Source of the DNA: Lepidodermella squamata
Lineage: Eukaryota; Animalia; Gastrotricha
Direction: 5' to 3'
DNA length: 64,000 bases
Assembly: GCA_047495785.1 (NCBI GenBank)
Contig: JBLDXI010000029.1
Coordinates: 1 to 64,000 of the forward strand
Part shown: in pieces, positions 47,332 to 59,400 of the stretch
Numbering within the stretch: position 1 is the stretch's first letter
Layout of the letters: each line of letters begins with the position of its first letter
The notes under the pieces: model-generated
Seen by the model: the letters and a program-made list of their open reading frames with translations, nothing else
Database searches by the model: none
What the model was told of the DNA's origin: nothing
Translations under genes and position numbers: made by a program

Positions 47332-47907
47332 TAAGGGTCCTCGTGACCTTCGTTGACGCCTGCCTTCGATGTGTTTCTTAGTTCAAGCTTACAAACTTTG
47401 CCGTGCCCTTGAGACTTGGCGCCGGCTAGCGGCTCGAGGTCGAGGTGGCTGTCAAATTCAGCTATAATTGTGGTGGTGGTATTATAAATGTTATAGTCCA
47501 TCATGCGGCGATCTTTGGCCGGCGTGATGGCTCCGTCGACAGTCGACAGTCAGCTGCGAATGAATGTCAACGAAGATACTTTCCCACTTATCGGAAACAC
47601 CAGCGAGCACTTTATAATTGTGAACTCTAAGAGTGTCTCCGATTTTCAATTTGGAGTGAAGCGTGTCACTGGTTGATGGCCAGAACTGCCCTGGAACAAG
47701 GGGGAGAGGCTTGCCCGGATCTTGACACACGGTCAAATTGAACACGTGCGTGTTCCGCCCGGAGCGATCACCCAACTCGCGGAAGTCGCTGATGGACCAT
47801 ACTCTGGCTTCGAACGCGACCTTATAGCCGACTCGAGGAGACGGAGCTATAGAGGCCAAGTCGACCAGTCCATTAGCGCCAACCGCGACTTGTTCAACAG
47901 GAGCCAT
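47332..47907 (-). pseudogene. Intronless RPA1-like OB-fold (ssDNA-binding) gene, apparently frameshifted by a 7-bp tandem duplication
   Basis: FEARVWSISDFRE..DRSGRNTHVFNLTV...GQFW..TSDTLHSKLKIGDTLRVHNYKV follows the RPA70 DBD-A pattern. GTCGACA is repeated at 47535-47548; removing one copy extends the frame by about 55 codons. Confidence 0.55.
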
Positions 47908-48130
47908 TTTCGAATTCAAAAAACAAACGAAAGACAGAAAAGCTAGGTAATTTAGAGTAATTTAGGCAACCGATGACAGCTGTCTAATAATTTTGAATCA
48001 AAATAGGCTCGGACGTGTGAAAAAATCGAAAAGAAAAGTGAAATTTGAGTGGGACTCGGTCGGGTGGCTGGAAATCAAAAAAATCAAAACAACAATAAGA
48101 ATGCGATGCGGCGTAAACTAGTCTTGCGCG

Positions 48131-49079
48131 CTAAGCTTCGATGTTCGCCAACAACAACAACAAATTCAGCAGCTCCAACACACGAGCCGCAACCGAAACT
48201 GCAAGCAACGCCGACAGCGGCAGCAGTACTCGACCGAAAAACTGTGAGCAGTAGCACACTAGAAAAGCTGCCACAGCAATGACACTGCAACAGCGGCAAC
48301 AGCAACAACAAATAGAACTTTCCCAGAAAGAAACAAGACTTTCACAGAAAGACAGTTGATCATGCTCGACAGGTTCATGCTGGGCGTCAACAGCATAGGT
48401 AGGCATTTCGGCATCCATCCATTCCAACAATGGTTCCGGCTCGTCCACATCGATTCGCCACGGCTCTAAACGGCAGCCAGGACATGAGTAGACTTGTCCT
48501 TGTAACTCGCGCGTACGATTCCACTTCTCGGCGCACGTGCGATCAAACCATTTTCGACACTGAGAGCACCTGACAGGATCCTCCAGGACTTCATGACAAA
48601 CTGCACACATATCTTCTGAATCTGAAAAAACTTCGGAATTTGGTACCGTAAGAAAATCGATATCTAAGTGAGCACCGTTTTTGAAACCGAGTTCATCGAA
48701 ACCGCGAAAGAGGTCAGCTATATTGAATTCTGTACAAAACATGGCAAATCGTTCGTTATAAATGTTGTGAGGATGCCATGCAATTGCGGCACTCCTGTAA
48801 TGACAGTGTTCGGCCCCAGACGGCCAAATAGCGCAACATTTTTCGGGCGTTCATGCAAGTTTACTCGAGGCCACAGCGCGCGAGGTCGTTGGTACTGAAA
48901 ATGGCAATAACAAGATCCAAATGTCGAGGTCAGTTTGACCGGCGAAAGACTGTTGTCATAAACCCGCCCATGGAAAACGTGACTGACTGAACACGCGATC
49001 CGGCCTTCACCGCCTGGGAGCAGACGTCGCTTGAGTGCGAGTAGCCTATTAAGCAGACACGTGTTAGTTGCCGTTGCAT
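48131..49079 (-). pseudogene. Decayed intronless SGNH/GDSL-hydrolase-like plus RING-finger gene
   Basis: From the ATG at 49079: VCLIGYSH (block I-like), MGG, stop, DLVIAIFSTNDL (block III-like), stop/frameshifts, KNGAHL (block V-like), then RING-like CAVCHEVLEDPVRCSQC..WFDRTC..W...CPGCR (about 48620-48470). Confidence 0.55.
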
Positions 49080-49783
49080 GATGATTGAGAAGTAGAACAA
49101 AACCAGCATAGTCACCTTTACTACAACTTTGACAAGCTTTGTCAACAATTTTGCTGGCGAAACGGAGCCAGATTTAAAAAGAGTACAATTTTTTTCATCT
49201 TCACTACAATTCAAGAGCACACATTTGGCAAAATTGAGCGCATTATTAGTGTAGATAACAGATCTCGGATGGTTAGATTCAGCATGCAAAATGGTATTGG
49301 TTTCCGATAAAACATGTACGACAGTTTTCCCGGTTTTAAGATGAAAATGAGATCAAGAACGTTGAATATTAATATTTGTTTTTGTCAAATAGCTGAAAGT
49401 TAGAGCTCAGCTGAATGTGGTGAAATATGTGGCCACAGAGTTGAACGTTGATGTAAACTTATCACTTCTGACTCTTGACTAGTATTATTGGTAATTACTT
49501 ACTATTTGTAGACAGTAAAATTACAGTAGAGTCAAAATTACTCAAAATCTTCCGCTGTAGTTTCTGTTATTTTCTCCAAGTTGCTGATTTTCAAAATTTT
49601 GTTTAATTTCAAAGTTTGAATTTTGAATCTTAAACCACGCTGAATATGTTCATTTGTGAGGAAATTCTAATTATCATACATTTTAGATTGTTTCGTGTTA
49701 GTAAAGTTGATACATTTGTGTAATGGATTGGAATTGTCATTGAAGCTGGTTGAACTCAAAGAACTCAACCGTCGTCCAAGAAA

Positions 49784-52700
49784 ATGTCATTAAATAGGCG
49801 GAAACAGAAGCAGAGCGATGCGGCGGAGCAACGAGAGCAGCGCAAGCACTTACTTCAGGTTAGTTTACGTTTAAAACTGATCGATTAAACTTGTAATACC
49901 ATGTATGATGATGCGGATAGTTGATGGAGCGCAACCTGGCGGAGGAGTTGCAAGAGTACAAGGGCTTCATGCAGCTGGGCCCGCGCGTCCTGCAGAGTTT
50001 GTTCTCGAGCGAGCGGGCGCTGTTCGCGGCGCTGCTCGTGTTCCGCGTGCTGAACGCGCTCGTCGTGCAGACGTACTACGTGCCGGACGAGTACTGGCAG
50101 TCGGTGGAGGTGGCGCACGCGAGCGCCTTCGGCTACGGCCACCTGACATGGGAGTGGCGCGGCAGCAGCGGCGGCATCCGGTCGTACGCGTACCCGATGC
50201 TGTTCGCGGGGGCGTACCGCCTGCTCGCGTTGCTTCACCTGGACCACTGGTCTCTCGTGATCAAGGTGCCGCGCCTCATGCAGGCCGTGTTCGCGGCCAC
50301 GACGGACCTGTACCTGTTCAAGCTGTCGGCGAAGCTGTCCGGCGGCGGCGGCAGCAGCGGCCTGGCGGTGGCCAAGTGGACGCTGTTCAGCCAACTGCTG
50401 TCGTGGTTCGTGTTCTACTCGTGCACGCGCACGCTGACGAACAACATGGAGGCGCTGTTCACGGTCGTCGCCTTCTACCTGTACCCGCTCGGCCCAGGCA
50501 CCAGCAGCTCAGCAGCCAGATCAAGCAGTAGCAACTCGTGGCTGTACGTGGTTTTCGTCGCGCTCGGCTTCGTCATGCGCCCGACCGCCGTCATCCAGTT
50601 CGTGCCTCTGCTGCTGCACCACGCCGCGGCGCTGCTCGACTGGCGGCGGCCTGGCTTCAGCGCGGCGCGCAGTGCGATGACGGCGGCGCGGCTCGTCGCC
50701 TGCGTCGGCCTCGTGCTGTACGCGTCCGTGTGGCTGGACTCGCTCGGCTACGGCCGCTTCACCGTGTCGTCGTGGAACTTTGTGCGCGCGAACGTGCTCC
50801 ACAACGTCGGCGTGTTCTACGGCACGCACCCGTGGCACTGGTACGCGACGCAGGGCGTGCCCGTCATCCTCACCGCCAACATGCTGCCGGTGGCGATCGG
50901 CGCCTACGTCTATAGCGGCCAGCAGCAGCAGCAGTACTGGCGTGTCTTACCTGCGACGCTGCTGTTCACGCTCGCCGTGTACTCGCTGCTGCCGCACAAA
51001 GAGTTCCGCTTTCTGTACGGCGTGCTGCCGCTGGCGCTGCACCTCGCCGGCGTCGGCCTCCACGCCACGTGGCAGTGGGCGGCCAGCAGTGGCAGTGGAG
51101 GCGGAGGCAGGGACGCGGACTCGCGGCGGCGATGCGTGGGCAACGCGCTGCTGGCGCTTCTGCTCGCCAGCAACCTGCCGCTGCTGGCGTACACGAGCCT
51201 CGTGCACCAGCGCGGCGCCATCGACGTGATGCGCGTCGTCCGCGAACACGCCCTCGCCAGTGCTGGTGCTTCAAATGTGCAGAACAGCAACAGATCGGTG
51301 CTCTTCCTCATGCCGTGCCACTCGACGCCTTTCTACAGGTACGTAAATGTGGCTTTTTTCTCTGGTTTCAGTAGTTGAAGGCGAAAAGGCAAGAACTTGA
51401 GGGAAGGTTAGCCCCACATCTGAATCCACATCCTCACGTGGTCTACTTTTACGAAATGAAGCTTGCTCACGAAAACTTGGTACATCAGCTTCAAGCTTCA
51501 TAAGTTGGCAAATATTTCGGGTTTTACCTTTTGCTTGAGTCTTCCGTACTTTATTATCTCCATTGGATGGTAAAACTCATCGAAGATTAGCCGAAATACC
51601 CAGTGGTAAATTACTGGGTACTTTTTCGGTATTTATTTGATTAAACCGAGTTTTCTCTCTTTGATATTGAATGCCCCAATCTTTGACAAAATGAGGCCTG
51701 AAAATATGCTACATTATATGTATTACAAGTTTAATAGTTGGTTTCAAGTCTCCTCACGCATCGCAGCGCTCTAGACGCGGCGAACTAGCTTTTGAGCTTT
51801 TCAGCATGTATGTATAAAAATTGTAGAATAGGTTTCAAACCGCATCGATCGAATCGATGGATGCGTTTTTTGGCAAGGTTCAACAAGGCTCTGAGGGCGC
51901 ATGCTTGAAGGCCCACGAGGCGACTCAGGGCTCATGAAGTTGTAGCAGGTGGGGGCACCACACTTAGGTGCTTGCACGCGACTTGTAGCTGGGTGGTTGG
52001 TGCGAATGAACACAGCCACCATCCACGACGGCGGAAGACTGTTCCTTGTGAAACCTTTTCGCCTAATTGTAGATAGAAGATTTGCCGGTGGCGGACTGTT
52101 TTATCGCCAAGTGGGAATTACTCTGTGGCAACAGTGAACTGTGCTGGCTAGGCTACACACAAGTATGTGGTACGCTAGACGCTAGGCTGATGTCGGCAGT
52201 GAGGTTGTCGCGAGATTGTGCACTAGTTTGTACACCTCAAGCACGGCTCGTCGAAATGAAAAAGTACACGAGTGACGATGCTGTGCTTATCTGTGATATA
52301 GGTTCCAATAATTCAACAAATTAGCCAATATAAACAGAATCTTGTTTTTTTCTCCCATGTCAAAACGTGATGATGAATTGTTGTTATTTTCACTCAATAC
52401 AGCCATGTGCATGTGAACATTTCGATGCGCTTCCTAACGTGCGAACCGCCACCGCCGCCTGCGACGGAGACGGCAACGGCAACGGACGGCGGCGAGTACG
52501 TCGACGAGGCGGACGTGTTTTTCGCCGATCCGACCGCGTGGCTCGTCCGCGAATTCGACAGCAACAGCAACAACACGTCGGCGAATGCGAATGCAACGGG
52601 TAATGTCGAAGCGAAGCCTCCACCAGCCCAGCCGTTGCCGTCGATGCTGGTGATGTTCGGCGGGGCGTTGCAGCGGGCGGTGCGCGAGTGGACGGCGGCG

Positions 52701-52844
52701 CACGGCTACGACGTCGAGTGCGCGCGCATCTTCCACGCGCACTTCCCGGCCTCGCGCCGCCAATCCACGCACATTGTCGCGCTGTGTCGAAGCAGCAATA
52801 GCAACGCTGCATCGCCAGCCCCAGCCCAAGCCCCAGCAGCGTGA
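49784..52844 (+). CDS. PIGB: GPI mannosyltransferase 3; exons 49784-49858, 49921-51338, 52403-52844
   Basis: FRVLNALVVQTYYVPDEYWQSVEVAH...GYGHLTWEW, IRSYAYP, TRTLTN..E, MRPT, FYGTHPWHWYATQG, HKEFRF, HQRG..DVM, FLMPCHSTPFYSHVH...MRFLTCEP, FHAHFP. Confidence 0.96.
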
Positions 52845-55800
52845 CTCACTGGCCCACTGGCTCGCCTCCGCCTCGTGTGCAAGCCATTGCTATGGCGCAT
52901 CAATTCGCGCAGTTTCACATCTCAGTGTACAGTGTATGCGATCGATCGAGATTTGCCGATTGATCGACTGGATCGACTGAGAAATGGATGCGCATCTCCT
53001 TCACCTGATTGATGAATAAACTATTACTATTAAATTCACTTTTTAATGTCTGTTTGATTCGACAGATGATGATGATGATGATGATGCAATATTTTGGATG
53101 GTAACTGCCATGTTTTTGGTGTATTTGTATTATTTTTTGTGTGATCGACGGCAATATTAAGTATATTATGCTACCATGACCTAAATATGTATACTTAAGC
53201 AGAATAATCGCCTGCGATAGGTGATTTGTCACGCGACTGCTTTTTTACACGCAGACTTACGCCTTTCACTGCTTATTCGACGACGTTCGAGCGTGTCATT
53301 TCAAAATTTAATAACAAAAGACTGCCGAGTTGCACTTTTTTCACTGCTATAATAATAGTGATTGGAATCTCTTCGTGATATACTTTTATTCCAACGAATT
53401 GTATTCCTACGTGCAATGTGCGGACAAGGAATAAAAGGAGACCATTCTTGCTATTTATTGTGGATTTTTATTTTCGAAGGTTCACAACGATGGTGGAACA
53501 AAGTCGATGAATAGAAAAAACAACTTGATGCATTGATAGCAGCAGCAGCAGCAGCAGCGGTGTGTCTTGGTGTGTTTGCCCAGTGTAAACTCGTAAATCT
53601 CAGCCGTGGGAGTAAATATATTCGTCAATCGATCAATTCATCGTCGGTCTCTCTCCGCCGAATATTAACCACCGCAGTAGAAAAGCGCATATAGACGGCA
53701 TATATCATGATGACGGCCGTGGTGATGTCAACGTGATGATGTTGGCTGCCTGCCTAATACGCATTTAGGTATAGCACACCTCGTTCCAAAAAGCGCTGCC
53801 AATCAACCCTTTCTTTGTTTCTTCGATTCCCTTGTTGCACCCTGCCTACTATATGTATATTGCAGTAACACTTTTTTGTTCCTTCTCCCCGTCGTCGCCA
53901 CCTGCGCTTGCGATCGATGCGTGGTTAAATGCGCCAGCACCAGCGAACGTTGTGGCGCCACGGCTGTGGCAAACGCAGTTCAACGACGTGTTCGAGTGCT
54001 TCCGCAGTCGGCGCCCTCGCGCAACCTCAGCCCGCGACTGCGACTGCGGCTGACTGCGGCTGATTGGCGGCGGCGAATTAGCGGCGCCAAGCGGGCGCGT
54101 AATGAGCGGCGCCAGCACATTCGCTATACTGTCCAGCCCAGCGTCACCAACGCACACCCCTACAGTCTCTAGTCTTTATTCACTTTATAAATATAAATTC
54201 GTCGTCTATATATTAGAGATGTCGTTAGGGAGCCGGCTACAATCGGCCAAAAGCCATCATCATCATGGTCATAAATAAAATCAGCAGCGATAACAACAAT
54301 TTGCGATGCTATCAGCAGCAGCAGTTCAGAGCATCTATAATGCGATGAGCGGCGCCGTAAGAGCGAGGAGTAAGAGATGCAGTAGCCAGCAACAACAGCT
54401 CCTCCTGTAAAGAAATCGTGCCAAGTATATAAATAGCTTGTGCGATGACCGCCGACCAACCAACCGACCATGAGATCGATAGATCGGCGTCACCGCTCTT
54501 TTTCTACTCCTCATGCTCATGTGCTCTTCTTGGTCACAGAACAACAAACGCTACATATCTAATTCATGCGCGTTGTCTCGCTGCTTCTGCGCATTGTCGG
54601 TTCCAGCTCTGGTATTAGCGACCAGGCATAGCTACCCCACACCCACAACCTCCCATACCACTATCTAGATCTAGGCATCGTTTTGCGCACAAAAAAATCA
54701 CCAGTTTCGCGCCCATTTTCTACGATGATGTCATACCATTGTGTTGCCTAATAATAATAGTTTAACATGAGCGCAGATGATCGACTAATCGCCGACGCCG
54801 CGGGCGCCACGGCGGCTTTAATCAAATCTGAGACGCCACCGCACGCGCTTGCGCCCGCTTTTTTGCCGACGCGCGCATCCGTTATTTCTGTTCTCGCCGC
54901 GCGCATTATTGCGATCCGCTATACTTACGCACACACTACGACGAGGTGCCAACAGCAGCAGCAGCAGCAACTTTTACAATGGGCAATGATCGAAGAGAAA
55001 GTGTATAGCATGTCAAAAATGCAACAGCAGCTTGGCACGAGTGAACACGAAAAAATTGTCGATGCAAATTAGCTTAATTGCACCACGCTGATTGATTTGC
55101 ATGCGAATGCCGACTGTTCACTGAGCTCTCTTCTCGGCATCGTATCCATGTTGTGTTTAGTTACGCCGCATTTTTTACGTCGGCTCGCTCAGTGGTATTG
55201 AGCCACCGCTACAACCGCCACCGCAACAATCGCGACAGCAAGTATCGATGTATCATCATCAGCGCCAAGATCTCGCGAGCAAAATCAGAGGCCACGTGAT
55301 GGCGGCGCTCATTTCATCATTCAATAATGATATTATTGTTATTGTCACCCTCGTTGTTAGGAGACCGCCTTTTGGTTTTTTTCGCGGTTTCGTGGACGAG
55401 ACATCTCGTCAGCTTCACCAGTGCACCACCGTAGCTGCGCCACCGTAGCGCCTTCAGCTTCTGCTTCGGCTTCGCTCACCGGCTACGCAACGACGAATAA
55501 ACGCTCAGCAATCGAAAATTGGCGACCTAATCGAACGGCTTCAGGACTGTCTCGGTAAGTATTGAGAGTATAATATACGTGCACGATTTCTCTAGTCATT
55601 TCTATGTGAGCCTTTTATAATTAGTTGGCCATTTTGTCTAGAGTCTAGAACTTGGCTCTATTAGTTTCCAGAATAAGATTTTTTGAAACTTGATAATGGA
55701 ATACTATTCATAATAACTCTTTCTCCCTTTTATTAGGTAGTTACAGATAGGTATATAAATAATTTACCCAGTGGATAACAGGCGCTAATACCTATTATTA

Positions 55801-56445
55801 TTTGACCCTTCTTATACGACATAGAACCAGCCTGGTTAGGGTTTGCACGTGTTGGCCATGTTTCAATTGATGGAGATGGTGCATTTGAGCTTAGGCCGAT
55901 GATGCCGCAGTCAAAGGTGCTTTGAACTGCTTGAGCCAACTTCTCCAACTTGGCCAACCTCTCTGGGAATTTTCCAATACTTTCGGCGGCATTTTTTGTG
56001 CCGTTCGAAGCCCCTGCACAGAGATTTACAACTGGGTTACATTTTGGTATACCAGAGGTTATTTTTTTGCTCTTGCTCGCTACTCAGCAACCTTATGGGG
56101 GTTCTAGTTTTAAACTGTAATAAGGAAGGCGTAGGCTTGCATAGCAAAAGACATTTTGTATGCAATGCAGTGCCCTTGCGTATCATAATTTAATAAAGTC
56201 TTGAGAAAAACCTCGTAGTCAGGATGCTAATAGATCAAAGCAATTTGTTCGTTAAATCGATATCAATGTGTCAGGTTACTTTCCCGTTATCTTCTGACTA
56301 TTTCTTTCTTGTCGACGGCTTGGTTCGAACCTCGAACCCAGCTTTATAGGATCTTGAGACCTCTGAGCCTCCTGAGCAGAATCTTGATTGTCATAATCAG
56401 ACTCTGGTTGTTATACTGATAATTGCTATGTGACTCTTTTGACAG

Positions 56446-59400
56446 ACTGCGCGTGCCTGTGCCGGTTGGACACGTCTGCTGCGCTGAACGTCAACGACGA
56501 CACCGAGTTCACAGGCAACAACAAGAACAACACAGCGGGCGATGAAGCTGCAGCGGCGGTGGGGTCGACTTCTCGGCCGTCGTCGACGTCCGTGTTCGGC
56601 AGCCCACAGCACTCGCCGGCTCTGCCGTCGTCACCGATGGCTTCCTCCAGGGACACAGGAGCGGGCGGTGGGCACAGCCAGCTGGTGTCGCCGGCGTACA
56701 GCCTGTCGACGCTGGAGCTGAACAAGTAAAATATAACATACCGTAAAAACCGAAATTGGGTGCCGTGTTTTTATAGTTTCAAACCAAGAAAAAAGTGGGG
56801 GCTTATTACAGGCGACGTACATCGTAGGCTGCGGTATTATTTATTTGAATCTATCGTCATCAGATTAAAATGAATTTTAAGAAGAGTTTTTAAAAATGAA
56901 ACAACAGCCAAATGTCCTCTTCGTTAAGATCGTTGTCATTTTTTTCATTCTCCTCGGCATCTTCCTCGATTATCAACCACACGGGGGAATTTTCTGACGG
57001 GAAATGATGATAACTACTCTCAACTAACTGGCATTTATACCCACCACATCAGATTTGAGCTTCGCATAAACTTAATTGAATGTTTGCTAAAACGAAAACG
57101 TGAATGCAATTAGAAATTTTCAGTCGTGTGGCAAGTGCAAAATATTTATTAAGAAAGCAATACACTAATTTACAAGGGAAGGAGGCGAAACTGTATTATT
57201 TGTGCACCATCTGGCGTTCAGAATTTTTTGAAAAAGACCTCAGAAGTGTGTGCCGAAATTTCATCGATTTTTTTGATCGATTATTAGGGGATAACTATTA
57301 AAATACGAATTTCCACGAATTGATACTTTCCAGCCTTTCCAGTTTAACTAAACACGTGATTCTTAAAACAATAGGCTATTTTTTGAAAATTCGACCTTGA
57401 CTCATGTTTTTTTGGCGCGAAATTTAAAATGTTCAAATTTCAGGCGCGCGGGCCAGCCGGCCGGCTTCGAGCTCGTGCAGCAGCAGCCGGGCGCGCCCGT
57501 GCTCGTCGGCGACGTCGTCAGCTCGCAGCCGCTGCGGCAGTTCGTGTCGGCCGGCGACCGCCTGCTCGCCATCAACTCGGTGCCGACGGCGCGCCTCAGC
57601 CTGCGCGAGTGCGAGCGCATCGTCGCCGAGTCGTCGCGCCTCCGCATCAGCCTGCTGCGCCGCAGCACCAGCGATTTCTCCCGGTAATCTTCTTTTGATT
57701 CTTTCGTCTTTCTTCTTTCTTCTTGCGTGTTTTACACTACTGCTACTAGATTTGGCGAGTTTTGTTCATAAATTAATATCAAATAATTTTTATTTTATTA
57801 TTCTATTTATAAAAATATAAATATATTTTTTGTTGAAAATGACCATGAACGTGCGATTTTCAAAAAGCCCCGCGCTAATACGACCACCCAAAGTCTGAGT
57901 TTGAACATGAACCATAGCTGATGTCCACACCCCCTGATAACCTGAAGACCTTGGCTAGGTTCTACGTTCAATGTATGCATTATGTCCATGGCTCATATTT
58001 GTATTCTCAATTGTTTTTAAGAAACAGAGGTAATTTAGCACTTTGACAGCCTGCGCACCAGGCCGGCCGGCAGGCTCGCTTCGCTCGCCGCCGGCCGGTT
58101 GCTACTATGTTTCCAAACTAAGCTCTTGCTTAAATTGCTGCTTACCTATTGTGCAGTCAAGTTTTAAGCAAGCCAACTAACGTCTATTTGATACCTATAT
58201 TCTGTATATTCCAATGCCATGCACCCCATCGAATTTTTGAAGAAAGTTAAGAATTGGTAGCCCCTTTAACAGTGATTTTGCTTCAAAAACCTGGCAAACC
58301 TAGGGGCCCGATAAGCAGCCTGCCCCCCATTTTTCTTCTGAACTCATCAAGAAAAGTCTTGCCGACAGTGATATTGCTTCGAATTAAACCCAGTGTCGAA
58401 AATTACCTTTCACAATCGCAACGTGCCTTCTTGGCAGGCCGGTCTACCACCGACATTGTATGGACGCATAGGGGGCTAGCAGCACGGATTCAGGTCTACG
58501 TCGAAGACTTTGCTATCCTAGGTATCGATATGAGTTGCGCTTTCAATACGATCGATACTGAAAGATACTTTGTTCGATACTTTGTTACTGAAAGACACCA
58601 GTCTCAACATCTCTTTTGGCTCTACAGCTGAGAGCATCCGCACATTTCTCGTAAGTCGGAAGTCCTCAGGGTGACTCGTTGTCGCCCATCCTGTTTGTTG
58701 TTTATCTAGAGACGAGTCTGAGAATTCTTCGTAGCAAAATCGCCGCCAACGAAATGAGACCGTCGGAATTAATTTAAGCTGACGATACCGATTTTGTTCG
58801 TAATAACGTCGTTGTAGCAAAATCAGTCGAGTTGGCAGCTGCCGTAAGCCTCTCCGAATTCAATCTCGAAGTTAACACGACAAAAACCAGCATCATTGTT
58901 GTCAAGAGAGATAAGGAAGATGAAAGCTTTTGGAGGAAGGAGAAGAAGTTAGGAAGTTTGCTAGGTGACGAAGAAGATGTCGAAGCTAAAATACGTCTAT
59001 CAGCATGAAAGTGCGGCTATACAATGCCTAAATCGTTCCCATTTTGCTGTACAATTGTTGCACCTGGGGACTAACCAAGGGCAACAACGAGCTATGGACT
59101 GGTACTTCCAACTTGGTGGCAAGAAACACACCGGGGCGAGCCGTATCACTCTGCCACAGACATTGTCTAAAGACTTACAAAAACTCAATGAATTCATGTT
59201 TTTTGCTCAACTGACGTGCCCTATAGATGTGCCTGAATGTCTAGTCATTCATAATGATCTATTGCGCCTGAGAGAGATCGCTTCAAATCGTGATACGTGG
59301 AAAATGCTCAGTGACAATCCTGACCTCCTCTTCACTGCAGTGAAATTTGTTAAATCCTGACTCACTAATAATGTATGTGTCACATTAAAAGTGTACAATC

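Noticed and set aside
53849-54172. GC-rich ORFs on both strands as a small novel gene
   Set aside because: The minus-strand frame has no ATG, there is no convincing exon chain, and no motif is recognisable; cannot be supported without transcripts.
55248-55554. Coding first exon of the PDZ gene
   Set aside because: The frame needed to join exon 56446 has a TAG at 55446-55448 with no later ATG; more likely 5' UTR.
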